This document shows, one piece after another, positions 9,740-21,243 of a stretch of DNA of 64,000 nucleotides. The position numbers and the translations under genes are program-made. Position 1 is the stretch's first letter. Every line of letters begins with the position of its first letter. The stretch spans positions 62,001 to 126,000 of the forward strand of contig UYFQ01000600.1 in assembly GCA_900617105.1 (NCBI GenBank), read 5' to 3'. The notes beneath the pieces were generated by a model. The model saw only the letters and a list, made by a program, of their open reading frames with translations, was not told the DNA's origin and did no database searches. The DNA is from Hydrurus foetidus (lineage: Eukaryota).

Positions 9740-10156
9740 ATGACCGACGTCTCCGCTCCCGCCCAACCGCCGACAGTCCGCGCCGAAGAGGACAAGGTCC
9801 TGCCGGCCGTCGTCTATGGCCTGTATCTGCTGGGCTTCGCCAGTTGCGCGGCCACCACCATCGTCGGCCTGATCGTGGCCTATGCCAACCGCTCGACGGC
9901 GGGACCGATCAACGAGAGCCACTACACCTTCGCCATCCGCAGTTTCTGGCTGACCATCGGCTGGTTCCTGATCGGTCTGGTGCTGTTCATCCTGGGCCTG
10001 CCGCTGTCGATCCTGCTGGTCGGCATCCCGGTGGTGGCCGCCGGCGCCATGATCATGGGCCTGGTCGGCGTGTGGTTCGCAGTCCGCTGCGGCGTCGGAA
10101 TCTACTATCTGGCGCGCGGCGAAGCCTATCCCAGACCCCGGACATGGCTGATTTAG
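9740..10156 (+). CDS. DUF4870-like membrane protein, copy 2
   Basis: Paralogue of the upstream gene (SHYTFAIRSFW...EAYPRPRTWLI). Confidence 0.78.
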   Translation: MTDVSAPAQPPTVRAEEDKVLPAVVYGLYLLGFASCAATTIVGLIVAYANRSTAGPINESHYTFAIRSFWLTIGWFLIGLVLFILGLPLSILLVGIPVVAAGAMIMGLVGVWFAVRCGVGIYYLARGEAYPRPRTWLI

Positions 10157-10293
10157 AGGCGCCTTTCGCGGCCGGCGCCCTTCGGAGCGTCGTCTTTCGG
10201 CACGCACTTCCTGCCAGTTGAGACGGCTCGACGGCAGGGCCCGGCTCGGCTGACCTGTGGCTCCTGGCGAATGGACGTCTTGGAGGGGGCGGC

Positions 10294-11284
10294 ATGCTGG
10301 CTCGCATCGTAGGGATCATCTTGGGGACGATCCTGGCGACGTCGGGATACGTGGTCGCGGGCTGGGGGCAGCTGGGAAGCTGGGCCGCGAATCTCGATCT
10401 CGGACCGTTTGAGCCGCATCGACCATTGGCCGGCGCGGCGGCGGCGATACTCGGGGGAGTATTCGTCGCCGCCGCCCTGACGCCCCGCCCCAAGCCCAAG
10501 CGGCGAAAGACGGGTCCTGTCGCCCTGGACCTCGAAAGCGGCCTGGAAGCCGCGCCGGTCGTCGCGCCGGCCCGGGACTTCGCGCCCATCGCCACGCCCG
10601 TGCTCAACGTCTCACCGGCGCCCATCCGGCCCCAGTGGCTCGGCACACCCAGGCGGCCCCTGCGCCGGCCAAGCCCGCCGCACCCACGGGCGACACCTTC
10701 GCCCACCTGCGCGAGCGCATGATTGCCCTGACCCGGGCTGAATCCTGGTCCGAAGCGGCCCGGCTGCTGATCGCCATGAAGGGCGCCGCCAGCGGCGACC
10801 GCGAACTGGCCACCGTCTATCGCGACCTGGGCGATTTCGCGCGTAGCCAGGGCCAGATGGACGACGCCGCCGAGGCCTATGACACCGCCGTCTCTCACGC
10901 CCGCGACGCCCTGCGCGCCGCGCCCGGCGACCTCAACGCCATGGAACTGCTGGCCGGAACCCTGGCGGGTGTTGGCGACGTGGCCGAGACCGAGGGCCGC
11001 CTCGACGACGCCTTGTCGGCCTTCGAGGAATCCCTGGCCCTGCGCCGGTCCAGCGGCGGCCGCGAAGCCGGGGACCCGGGAGCCCAGCGCGCCCTGTCCG
11101 TATCGCTGGAACGCCTGGCCGACCTGCGGAAGATCGCGGCCACCGCATGCGGGCGCTGGATCTCTATCGCGAAAGCTATGACGTCGCTGCGCGGCTGGCG
11201 GCCGCCGACCCGGCGCGGTTCGGCTCGGACCTGGCCTCGACCCGCCAGCGGCTGGCCGAGCTGGAAGCCAAGATTTCGACTTAA
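10294..11284 (+). CDS. Membrane-anchored TPR-like protein (frameshifted)
   Basis: Two N-terminal TMs, a Pro/Ala linker, then TPR-like helices (LGDFARSQGQMDDAAEAY; VGDVAETEGRLDDALSAFEESL). Confidence 0.7.
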
Positions 11285-11544
11285 GATTTGGCAAGCTCAC
11301 TGGGAACTTCAGCGACCGACGAACTGACGTTACCTCTTGGCGATGAGCTGATTGCCTGCGCCTAATCCAGATGAATACATCACAGCTACAAGAATGATTC
11401 TAACACAGGGACTTATACTCTGAAGTCTCCGAACATGAATTTCAATTAATGATTACAGAGATATAACAATCTTTCCGCCTTGTAACTTGAGGTGAACGCA
11501 ACAGACCGGCAGAGCTCTCCCCTGAACGATCGAGGGGAAAACTG

Positions 11545-13586
11545 ATGACCAGAGCCATTCTGCTGGCCACCACAGCGCTTGTGCTGACCGCCGGCTCGGC
11601 CTTCGCCGCCGAGGCGGCGCAAACGGCAGAGGCGCCGGCCAGCGCGGTCGCGGGCGACGCCGGTCAACCCGGCGTCCTGGTCTTCCAGCCCGACTTCTTC
11701 GCCGCCCAGCGTCCCAACACCGCCCTGGACATGATCAACCGCGTGCCGGGCTTTTCGGTCAATGACGGCTCGGGCGCGCGCGGCTTCGAGGGCGCGGTCG
11801 GCAACATCCTGATCAACGGCAATCGACCGGCCTCCAAGAACGACACCGGCTCCAGCGTGATGTCGCGCACCCCCGCCAACCAGGTCGAGCGCATCGAACT
11901 GATCCGCGGCGGGCGGCCGGCGTCGACATGCAGGGCTATTCGGTGGTCGTGAACGTGATCCTCACCACCGCCAGCCGCCAGTCGATCCTGACGATGAACG
12001 CCATGCTGTTCGACGGCGGGCACGACGTCTTTGGCGGCTCCTACCAGTTCACCGCCCGCGAGGGCGAGCGCAGCTGGGGGATCACCCTGTCGGACGGCAT
12101 GGGCTCCAGCGACTCCAACGGCCCGGGCCGCACGATCCGCCGCGACGGGACCGGCGCGGTGATCCGCGACGAATTCTATCAGAACGACGGCTGGGGCGGC
12201 GGCCGCTCGATCCGCGGCAATTTCAACGGCCCCGTGGCCGGCGGCAAGCTGGACGCCACCGCCCGCTACGGCGTCGGCGACTGGCAGCAGTGGACCGTGC
12301 AGCGTTCGCCCGTGGCCCAGCGCGAAAGCGACTACCAAAACGAAGACAAGGACGGCGAGCTGGGTCTGACCTGGACCCGCCCGATCACGCCAGGCTGGAC
12401 GCTGGAGACCCGTGCGATCCACGAGTTCGAGACCTTCGACGAGGTCTCGACCGGCAAGGAGACCCTGGGCGGCGTCGTCCGGCCCGAGCAGAAGTTCAGC
12501 GCCGAGGGCGAATCGTCCGAGTCGATCTTCCGCGCCCTAGTGCGCAGCGAGCGTTCGGCGTCCCTGACCCTCGAGGTCGGCGGCGAGGTCGCCTACAACA
12601 TGCTGGAGGTCAACCAGGCCTTCACCCAGGGCGGCGTGGCCGTGCCCCTGCCCTCGGCCTCGGTCAAGGTCGAGGAGACGCGGGGCGAGGCCTTCTCCAA
12701 GGCCACCTGGCGGGTGAACTCCAAGCTGAGCCTCGAAGGCGGCCTGCGGCTGGAAACCTCGACCATCAAGCAGTCGGGCGACGCTGATCAGGAGAAGAGC
12801 TTCTTCTTCGCCAAGCCGCGCCTGCTGGCCACCTGGACGCCCGCCGACAAGAACCAGGTCCGGTTCCGCTTCGAGCGCGAACTGGGCCAGTTGGACTTCG
12901 AAGACTTCGCCGCCTCGGCCGAGCTGGACGACGGGACCGTCTATGGCGGCAATGTCGATCTGGAACCGGAACAGCGCTGGATCGCCGAACTGACCTATGA
13001 GCGCCGGTTCTGGGGCGAGGGCATTGTCTCGATCGGCTATCGCCACGACGAGATCATCGGCGTCATCGACCGCCTGCCCCTGCCGGGCGGCCTGTCGGCG
13101 ACCGGCAATATCGGCGACGGCACGCTGGACAAGCTGTCGGTCAACATCGTCGTGCCGGTCGACAAGCTGGGCATCCCGGGCGGTCGTTTCACCTTCAAGA
13201 ACGACTGGAACGAGACCCACGTCACCGACCCCACCACGGGCAAGGACCGACCGATCTCCAATGTTCGCCCCACCCAGGCCAATCTGGGCTTCCAGCAGGA
13301 CCTGGTCCGCTACAAGACCCAGTGGGGATCAACTGGCTGCCGCTGCTGGGCCAGGCACCTGATCCGGACCAGACCAGCGTCTGGCGCGGCGCAGTATTAC
13401 GAGGCCTTCGTCGAGTACAAGCCGACTCCGACCCTGGCGATCCGCGCCCAGCTGAACCTCTGGGACGACTACAGCCAGCAGCGCACCGTCTATGCCAACC
13501 GCACGACCCGCGCCGTGGCCTTCGTCGAGGACCGGGCCATCAACCCCAACACCTTCGTCTCGCTGCGCCTGCGCAAGACCTTCTGA
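11545..13586 (+). CDS. TonB-dependent receptor (frameshifts near 11915 and 13330)
   Basis: Signal peptide, plug (TALDMINRVPGF...VERIELIRG), beta-barrel strands and C-terminal Phe (LRKTF). Confidence 0.88.
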
Positions 13587-13614
13587 AGTCAGGGCCCAGG
13601 CCAGGACCTCCATG

Positions 13615-13644
13615 AGCCGTCCGGGAGCGATCCCGGGCGGCTTG
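13615..13644 (+). terminator. Hairpin after the TonB-dependent receptor gene
   Basis: agccgtccgggagcgatcccgggcggctt, sharing its core with the terminator at 53620. Confidence 0.55.
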
Positions 13645-13826
13645 GTCGTTCAGGGCCGCGCCGCTGAAACACCGCTCATCGCGTCGTCACGGCCGGTGAT
13701 TGAGCACACAGAACCACCACAGCGCCTGTTCTGGCCCGCACTCGCCTTGCGGGCCTCGTCGATCTCGGCCACCGTGCGCTCTGGACCTCCCGACATTCCG
13801 ACCGACAGACAAGTGGACTCAACGGC

Positions 13827-14334
13827 GATGATAGCCCCCCTGCAGCAAGGCGCGGCCGATCCCCGGCTCATCCTGCGCGAGGAGGAGCTGGACAGCGGCC
13901 TGGAGCTGATCCTGCTGGCCGAGGCGGCCCTGTGGGCGGCGGTCGATGCGGCGCTGGAAGCCGAGGGCCTGGGCCTGGGCCGCTCGCACTGGCGGGCCGC
14001 CTTCCTGCTGCGCCGCCGGCCCGGCATCGGGGTGCAGGACCTGTCCAAACTGACCAGCCTGTCCAAGCAGGCCGCCAGCCGCACCCTGGCCGACCTGACC
14101 AAGGCCGGGCTGGTCGCGCGCGGCTCGGGCGATCTGGACGGCCGCCGCAAGCCCGCCGTGCTGACGCCGGAGGGCGTGGCCTTCGAGGCCCGCACCGCTG
14201 ATCGCCTGCGCACCCTGCTGGCCAAGGCCTATCGCACCGGCGGGCTGGACGGGGTGGCGGGCACGCGCCGCATCCTGGCGGCTCTCGCCGGGCCGAGACA
14301 GGGCGTGGGTCCGACGCGTAGAGTGGTGGCATGA
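13827..14334 (+). CDS. MarR family regulator (PetP-like)
   Basis: Winged HTH: VQDLSKLTSLSKQAASRTLADL...DGRRK...LTPEG. Coupled to the response regulator. Confidence 0.8.
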
Positions 14335-15030
14335 CGCCCGAGGAACGCCGCGAACGCCATCTGCTGGTCGTCGATGACGACGACCGCATCCGCAAGCTGC
14401 TGAAGGAATTCCTGGTCCGGGCCGGCTTTCGCGTCAGCACCGCCGCCGATGCGGCCGGCGCCGACCGACTGTGCGGCTCGCTGGACTTTGACCTGATGGT
14501 GCTGGATGTGATGATGCCGGGCGAGGACGGCATGGCCTTCACCAAGCGCCTGCGGGCTATGGGCGGCGAGACCGGCAAGACCCGATCCTGATGCTGACGG
14601 CCCGCGACCAGACCCAGGACCGCATCGAGGGCCTGAGCCACGGGGTCGATGACTATCTGGGCAAGCCGTTCGAGCCGCAGGAGCTGCTGCTGCGCATCGA
14701 GGCCATCCTGCGCCGCACCAATGCCCGGCCCACGGGCCCGCGCGAGCTGTCCCTGGGCCGCTGTTCCTTCGAGCCCGAGCGCGGCGAACTGACCTGCGAC
14801 GGCCAGCCGGTGCGCCTGACCGAGGCCGAGGTGGTCTTGATGCGCCGCCTGGCCCGCTCGGCCCACGAGCCGGTCGACCGCCTGGAACTGGCCCGCGACA
14901 CCGCCGACGCCACCGGCCGGGCCATCGACGTTCAGGTCACCCGCCTGCGCGCAAGATCGAGCCGGATCCGAAGAACCCGCGCTATCTGCAAACGGTGCGC
15001 GGCATTGGGTATCGGCTGGCGCCGGATTGA
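14331..15030 (+). CDS. OmpR-family response regulator (PetR-like; frameshifted)
   Basis: LVVDDD, LDVMMPGEDG, MLTAR, DDYLGKPF, RAIDVQVTRLR and YLQTVRGIGY. Confidence 0.9.
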
Positions 15031-15045
15031 TGGGATCGCGCGCGC

Positions 15046-15164
15046 AAGTCCTCCCCTGAAGGGGAGGTGGTCCGAAGGACCGGAGGGGAAGTCGTCACCC
15101 CAGCACCAGCCATCTTCCCCCTCCGTCCGCTTCGCGGACACCTCCCCCTCTGGGGGGAGGACTT
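15046..15164. repeat. CCTCCCC/GGGGAGG palindromic element
   Basis: aagtcctcccctgaaggggagg...cctccccctctggggggaggactt. Related copies at 16513, 17233, 18160 (half) and 20648. Confidence 0.85.
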
Positions 15165-15168
15165 AGCC

Positions 15169-16506
15169 ATGCGCCTGCGCGCCAAGCTCTACGTCCCCCG
15201 CCAGATCAAGCGCTGGCTGCCGACCTCGCTGTTTGGCCGCTCGCTGCTGATCATCGTCCTGCCGGTGGCGGTGATGCAGATCGCCGTGACCTGGGCCTTT
15301 TCGACGCCCACTGGCAGACGGTGAACAGCCGCCTGTCCGAAGGCCCGGCCGGCGACGTCGCCTGGGCGGTGGCCAGCTATCAGGACGATCCCAGTCCCGA
15401 GGCCGTAACCAAGCTGGCTGACCGGGCCGAGGAATCCCTGGCCCTCTCCATCGCCTTCCAGAAGGGCAAGAAGCTGCCGACCAGTCGGCGGACCTCGCTG
15501 GTTCCGGCGCTCGACCGCTCGCTGAAGGACGCCCTGGCCGACCGGCTGAATGTTCCGTTCTGGTTCGATACCACCCGCTACACCGCCTATATCGACATCC
15601 GCGTGCAGGTGGACGGCGGGGTCCTGCAGATCTACGCCCTGCGCGACCGAGCCTTCGCCACCCAGGGTCATATCTTCATCGTCTGGATGGTGGTGGCGAC
15701 CCTGCTGCTGACGGCGGTCGCCATCCTGTTCATCCGCAACCAGGTGCGGCCATCGAGCGCCTGGCCGACGCGGCCGACGCCTTCGGGCGCGGCGGCGATG
15801 TCGACTTCAAGCCGCACGGCGCGCGCGAGGTGCGCCAGGCCGCCATGGCCTTCCTGGCCATGAAGGCCCGCATCCAGCGCCACATCGAGCAGCGCACCGC
15901 CCTGCTGGCCAGCGTCAGCCACGACCTGCGCACGCCGCTGACCCGCCTGAAGCTGGAAGTGGCCCTGGCCGAGCCGTGCGAACGGATGGACGCCATGAAG
16001 GGCGATCTGGACGAGATGGAGCACATGATCGACGAGTACCTGGCCTTCGCCCGCGGCGAAGCGGGGAAACGCCCAGACCGTCGACCCGACCGAGCTGATC
16101 GGCGGCGTGGTGGCGGCGGCGCTCCGGACTGGCGCTGCCGTCGAGTCCAGCGTGCCGCCCGAACTGACCGTCGAGCTGCGTCCCAACGCCTCAGGCGGGC
16201 GCTGGCCAACCTGATCGACAACGCCAAGGCCTATGGCGATCATGTGAAGGTCACGGCCGCCGCGCGGATCACCGGCGGCGTCGAGATCGTCGTCGAGGAC
16301 GATGGGCCCGGCATCCCCGAGGATCGCTACGAGGAAGCCTTCAAGCCGTTCAACCGACTGGATGAATCGCGCAACCAGAACGAAAAGGGCGTCGGCCTGG
16401 GCCTGGCCATCGCCCGCGACATGGCGCGCGGCCTGGGCGGCGACCTGGTGCTGGAGCGGTCGGCGATGGGCGGCCTGCGGGCGGTGATGCGGTTGCCGGG
16501 GCGTGA
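15169..16506 (+). CDS. EnvZ-like sensor histidine kinase (frameshifted)
   Basis: TM-periplasmic-TM-HAMP, H-box SHDLRTPLTRL, NLIDNA, DDGPGIP and GLGLAI. Confidence 0.9.
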
Positions 16507-16512
16507 TCACTG

Positions 16513-16630
16513 CCCTCCCCTGAGGGGAGGCGGTCCCCGACTTGATCGGGGGCCGGTGGGGGAAGTCGGCAAGACCAGCCGTCACTTTCCGTCGCCTATG
16601 GCGACACCTCCCCCATCAGGGGGAGGACTT
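16513..16630. repeat. CCTCCCC/GGGGAGG palindromic element
   Basis: ccctcccctgaggggagg...cctcccccatcagggggaggactt between convergent genes. Confidence 0.8.
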
Positions 16631-16631
16631 G

Positions 16632-17177
16632 CTACTCGAACCCGGCCCCGATCTTCGAGAGCCGCTCGGCCATCTGCTTGAGCCGTTTGTCGAGCTCGGC
16701 CATCGTCCGGTTCAGCGCGCCCTCGTCATCGCGCCAGACTTGGACCGTGCGCGCCCAGACCGCCGTCATCGCCGCTAGCCGAACCGGCGTGGCTTCCACG
16801 CCACCGGCCTCGAGGATGGCCCGCGCCGTCTTGGGAAAGCGCAGGGCCGAGACCACCACGCCTTCCGAGGCGGCGATGGCGATCAGGGCGGCGCGGTGCG
16901 GCTCCATGGCCTCCAGCCGCGCCATGGCCGCATCGAACAGGCGGTCATGCGGCGTCGCCTCATCGGCCGAGACGGTGCCCAGGGCGGCGCGATCGAAACG
17001 CGTCGACAGGTGGGCCAGCACCGCGCCCTTGCCCGAGGCCAGGGCGTACAGCTCGGCGAACGGGATCTCGGCCTTCAGGGCAATGTCGCGCAGGGCGATG
17101 AAATGCCAGGGCTTGTCGGACGCCAGGGCCAGGGCGGCGGCGGCGGCGCGGTCGAGGATGTCTTCAGCGGCGGTCAT
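16632..17177 (-). CDS. TetR-like transcriptional regulator
   Basis: MTAAEDILDRAAAAALAL...IALRDIALKAEI HTH and C-terminal RTMAELDKRL. Confidence 0.75.
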   Translation of the reverse strand: MTAAEDILDRAAAAALALASDKPWHFIALRDIALKAEIPFAELYALASGKGAVLAHLSTRFDRAALGTVSADEATPHDRLFDAAMARLEAMEPHRAALIAIAASEGVVVSALRFPKTARAILEAGGVEATPVRLAAMTAVWARTVQVWRDDEGALNRTMAELDKRLKQMAERLSKIGAGFE

Positions 17178-17232
17178 GGCCTTGAGATGGCGCGTGATGA
17201 GGCCACTGGCAAGGCATGGCGCGTTTGGCGGG

Positions 17233-17356
17233 AAAGTCCTCCCCCTGAAGGGGGAGGCGGCGATAGCGCCGGAGGGGGAAGTCCAGCGGCCGTTGAGGCC
17301 GAAACGACCCTCTCCGTCAGCTGCGCCGACACCTCTCCCTTCAGGGAGAGGACTTT
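17233..17356. repeat. CCTCCCC/GGGGAGG palindromic element
   Basis: aaagtcctccccctgaagggggagg...cctctcccttcagggagaggacttt. Confidence 0.85.
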
Positions 17357-17359
17357 GAA

Positions 17360-18137
17360 CTACCCGCCCAGTTCCTTCGACCGCGCGATCGCCGCATCCA
17401 GCGCCCGGGGCAGCAGGTCGCCAAAGCCGCCGTCGCCCATCAGCACCGCCAGCGCCGCAGCCGTGGTGCCGCCGGGCGAGGTGACCTGTTTGCGCAGTTC
17501 GGACGGCTCCTCGCCGCCCGCTTCCATCAGGGCCGCCGCGCCGATGATGGTGGCGCGGGCCAGCCGGGCGGACGCCGCCGGATCCAGGCCCGCCCCCGCG
17601 CCGGCGGCTTCGAGCGCCTCGACGAAGGCGTAGAGATAGGCCGGGGCCGAGCCCGAGACGGCGGTGGCGGCGTGCATCAGCGCTTCGTCGTCGAGATCGA
17701 CCACGGTGGCGACCGGCGCGAACAGGGCGTGGGCGGCGGCGCGGGCCCTGGGATCGACGGCATGGATGCTGGCCGTGCCCCGACCGATGGCGACGGCGGT
17801 GGTCGGCATCACCCGGGCCACGGCGCGGCCGCCGAAGGCTTCGGCGATGTCGGCGGCGCGCACCCCGGCGGCGATCGAGACGATCACAGCGTCGGGGGCA
17901 AGGTGCGGCACGACATCCTTGATCGCCTCGCGCCAGATCTGCGGCTTGACGGCCAGCAGCACGGTTTGATGGCCAGGCGGCCAGCGGCGGATTGACCAGC
18001 GCGCCCGCAAAGGCGGTGGGATCGACATTGGGATCGCGAACGATCAGGTCAGCGGCGGAAAAGGCCCCGGCCTCGCGCCAGCCCTGAATCAGCGCGCCGC
18101 CCATGCGACCGGCGCCGAGGAGGAGGATGGGGGTCAT
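17360..18137 (-). CDS. proC: Pyrroline-5-carboxylate reductase (frameshift near 17980)
   Basis: LLLGAGRMGGA, LAVKPQ, VSIAAG, RVMP, SGSAPAY and VTSPGGTT. Confidence 0.95.
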
Positions 18138-18194
18138 GGAAGAACGCTCCGCTGCCGTCACCCTTCTCCCCTTGCGGGAGAAGGATTTAAAGCC

Positions 18195-18701
18195 CTAAGC
18201 CTGACCCACCGTCTCGAACATGCAGGCGGCCATGGCCTCGTCCGGGGTCTTGGCGCCCTGGAGCAGGAAGTCGAAGGCCGGATAAAAGCGGTCGGCGGCC
18301 TCGACGGCGGCGTCGATCATCGAGGCGGCCTGGGCCATGGTCGGACGCTCGCCCGACGGCAGGGCCAGGGCGTGGCGGAACACCACCTCGCCATCGTCGG
18401 TCCAGACCTCGAAATGGCCCAGCCAGACGCGCTGGTTGATCATGGCCAGAAGCTCATAGGCGCTGGCGCGCTTGGTCTTGGGCGCGCGCAGGTCCAGCGA
18501 CAGGCACAGCTGCAGGCAGTCGGCCTCGGGCCGCCAGGCGAACCACAGCTCATAGTCCTTCCAGTCGCCGGTCAGGGCGAAGGCCAGATCGCCGTCGTCG
18601 GTGCGATCAAAGGTCAGGTTTTCGGCCGACAGGACATGCTCGACCACATCCAGGGGATCGAGAGCCATCAGGACGTCGTCGTCTTCCGGTTGGGCGTCCA
18701 T
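18195..18701 (-). CDS. YbjN domain protein
   Basis: GDWKDYEL...INQRVWLGHFE...RFYPAF...FETVGQA, a conserved alphaproteobacterial gene next to proC. Confidence 0.8.
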   Translation of the reverse strand: MDAQPEDDDVLMALDPLDVVEHVLSAENLTFDRTDDGDLAFALTGDWKDYELWFAWRPEADCLQLCLSLDLRAPKTKRASAYELLAMINQRVWLGHFEVWTDDGEVVFRHALALPSGERPTMAQAASMIDAAVEAADRFYPAFDFLLQGAKTPDEAMAACMFETVGQA

Positions 18702-18821
18702 GGGAATCCTCGCGTCCCGTGAGGATGGCGGCCGCGACCCACCAGAATCGCTTACGGATTGAGCTAATCTGTTCGCGGATTCGGCGGAACAGCCCCTTCC
18801 GTCGAGACGAAGACCGTCCGC

Positions 18822-19084
18822 CTATTCGCCGTTCCCGCCGACTTCTTGTCGGCCTTGGGGTCGGCGGGCTTCTTGTCTTGAGGCTCGGCGACCTCGGCGC
18901 GCAGTGCGGTGAGCTGGGCCTTCAGCGCGTCGAATTCGTCGCGGCGGACCAGATCCATTCTGCCGCGATGCGGTCGGACTGGGCACGGAAGGCGGTTTCG
19001 CTTCCTCGCCGGCGGCCTGGGCGAGGCCCATGGCGCTGGTCGAGCTTGGCGAACTCGTCGAGGAAGGGGTTGCTGGCTCTGCAT
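18822..19084 (-). CDS. ubiK: UbiK/BMFP family accessory factor (frameshifted)
   Basis: DEFAK...SAMGLAQAAGEEAK...MDLVRRDEFDALK followed by a coiled coil. Confidence 0.8.
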
Positions 19085-19200
19085 CGATCGTCTCCAGGTG
19101 CGGGCGGCTTTTCCAGGTTCCTGATATGGTAAGCGGGGGGTGAAAGCGAAGGCCGAACCGGCTATGCCTGCGACGATCTGTCCAGAACGGAGCCAGCGGC

Positions 19201-20087
19201 GTGATCTTTCCCGATATCGACCCGGTCTTGCACATCGGCCCGCTGGCCCTGCAATGGGGCCGCTGGCGATCCGCTGGTACGCCCTGGCCTATGTGGCGGC
19301 ATCGTGCTGGGTGGCGCTATGCTATCCGGCTGATCAACAGCCCGCGCGTCTGGAACGGGCGGACGCCGACGGCGACGCCACAGCAGGACGACCTGGTCCT
19401 GTGGATCACCCTGGGCATCATCCTGGGCGGCCGGCTGGGCTATATCTCTACATGCTGATGAACGACGGCCAGCGCAGCGGCCTGATGGACAACCCGCTGG
19501 TGGCCTTCCGGATCTGGGAGGGCGGCATGTCCTTCCACGGCGGCTTCCTGGGCGTCTGCGCGGCCATCGCCCTGTTCGCCCGCCAGCAGAAGATCGACGT
19601 CCTGAAGCTGGGCGACCTGATCGCGCCGGTCGCGCCGATCGGTCTGTTCTTTGGCCGGGTGGCCAATTTCATCAACGGCGAGCTGTGGGGCCGGGTCACC
19701 GACCATCCGTTCGGGGTGATCTTCTGCAACCAGACCATCCAGGCCGCCAATGGCGGACGCTGCCCCGCCGGTCCCGACCCCCGCCATCCCAGCCAGCTTT
19801 ATGAAGCCGCGCTCGAGGGCCTGGTTTTGTTCGCCATGCTCTGGGTGGCGACCCATCACCTGAAGTGGCTGCAGCGCCGCGGCGCGCTGATCGGCACCTT
19901 CCTGATCGGCTATGGCCTGTTCCGCGCCCTGCTGGAGAATGTGCGCAATCCCGACCAGGGCATGCCCGACTTCCCCTTCGGCCTGACCATGGGGATGATC
20001 CTGTCGATCCCGATGCTGCTGGTCGGGATCTGGCTGCTGTGGAAGGCCCTGCGCGAACCGGCCGACGCGGCTCATGTGCCTGCTTGA
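19201..20087 (+). CDS. lgt: Prolipoprotein diacylglyceryl transferase (frameshifted)
   Basis: IRWYALAY, GGRLGY, WEGGMSFHGG, GRVANFINGELWGR and HPSQLYEA. Confidence 0.95.
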
Positions 20088-21242
20088 TCGCCTGAAGGCG
20101 CAGATCGCCCAGGACGGACCGATCGGCGTCGCCGAATATTTCACCCGCTGCCTGCACGACCCGCAGGACGGCTACTACGCCACGCGGCCTGACCTGGGGG
20201 CCGGCGGCGACTTCATCACCGCGCCGTTGGTCAGCCAGATGTTCGGCGAGCTGATCGGCCTGTGGGCGGTGGAAACCTGGATCCGCATGGGCCGCCCCTC
20301 GCCGTTCCGGCTGGTCGAGATGGGCCCCGGCGACGGGACCCTGATCTGCGACCTGCTGCGGGCGGCCAAGCTGGCGCCGGACTTTCTCGCCGCCGCCGAC
20401 CTGTGGCTGGTCGAGGTGTCGCCGCCGCTGCGGGCGCTGCAGGCGCAGCGGCTGGCCGGCGCCGCGCCGCAGTGGGTCGACCGGCTGGAGGCCGTGCCGG
20501 GCGGCGCGCCGATGATCCTGGTCGCCAATGAGGTGCTCGACTGCCTGCCGGCGCGACAGTTCGTGCGGACGGAGACCGGCTGGGCCGAGCGGGTGATCGG
20601 GCTGGATGAGGCTGGGGATCTGGCGTTTGGGTTGAAGGCATCTCAGAGCCCCTTCCCCCTTGATGGGGGAAGGGCAGGGTGGGGGTGACATGGCGGTCGA
20701 TCCGGACGCGGCGTTCCGCCAGCCGACGGCGTCACCCCCATCCCCAACCCTTCCCCCATCAAGGGGGAAGGGGGCTATCCACCCGGCGCCATCCTGGAAG
20801 CCTCGCCCGCCCAGGAGGCCCTCGGCGCCGAGATCGGCTACCGGGTCGCCACCGAGGGCGGCGCGGCCCTGCTGATCGACTACGGCCGCGACACAGCCGG
20901 TCCGGCGACACGCTGCAGGCCCTGCAGGACCACCGCAAGGTCGACCCGCTGAAGAGCCCCGGCCAGGCCGACCTGACCGTCTGGGCCGACTTCCCGGCCG
21001 TGCTGGCGGCCGGTGTCGAGGCCGGCGCGAAGGCCGGGCCGATCCTGCAGCAGGCGGTCTTTCTGGCGATCCTGGGCATCGAGGCGCGGGCCCAGGCCCT
21101 GGCCGCCGCCCGCCCCGATCGCGCCGACCAGATCGCAAGACAGCTTGATCGCCTGACCAGTCAGGCGCAGATGGGCGCGTTGTTCAAGGCCGTGTGCCTT
21201 CATGCGCCCGGTTTCACGCCGCCTGGTTTCGAGGTCGCCTGA
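20074..21242 (+). CDS. MidA/NDUFAF7-family SAM-dependent methyltransferase, interrupted by a palindromic insert
   Basis: GYY...DFITAP...FGEL, EMGPGDGTL, ANEVLDCLP, LLIDYG, ADLTVWADF and MGALFKA. Confidence 0.9.
20648..20775. repeat. CCTCCCC-type palindromic element inside the MidA coding region
   Basis: gccccttcccccttgatgggggaaggg...cccttcccccatcaagggggaagggggc. Confidence 0.85.
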
Positions 21243-21243
21243 T

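Noticed and set aside
11330..11540. AT-rich leader of the TonB-dependent receptor as a Fur box or riboswitch
   Set aside because: No recognisable consensus or aptamer core by eye.
16632..18161. 509-aa proC-TetR ORF
   Set aside because: Frameshift read-through across proC and a palindromic repeat.
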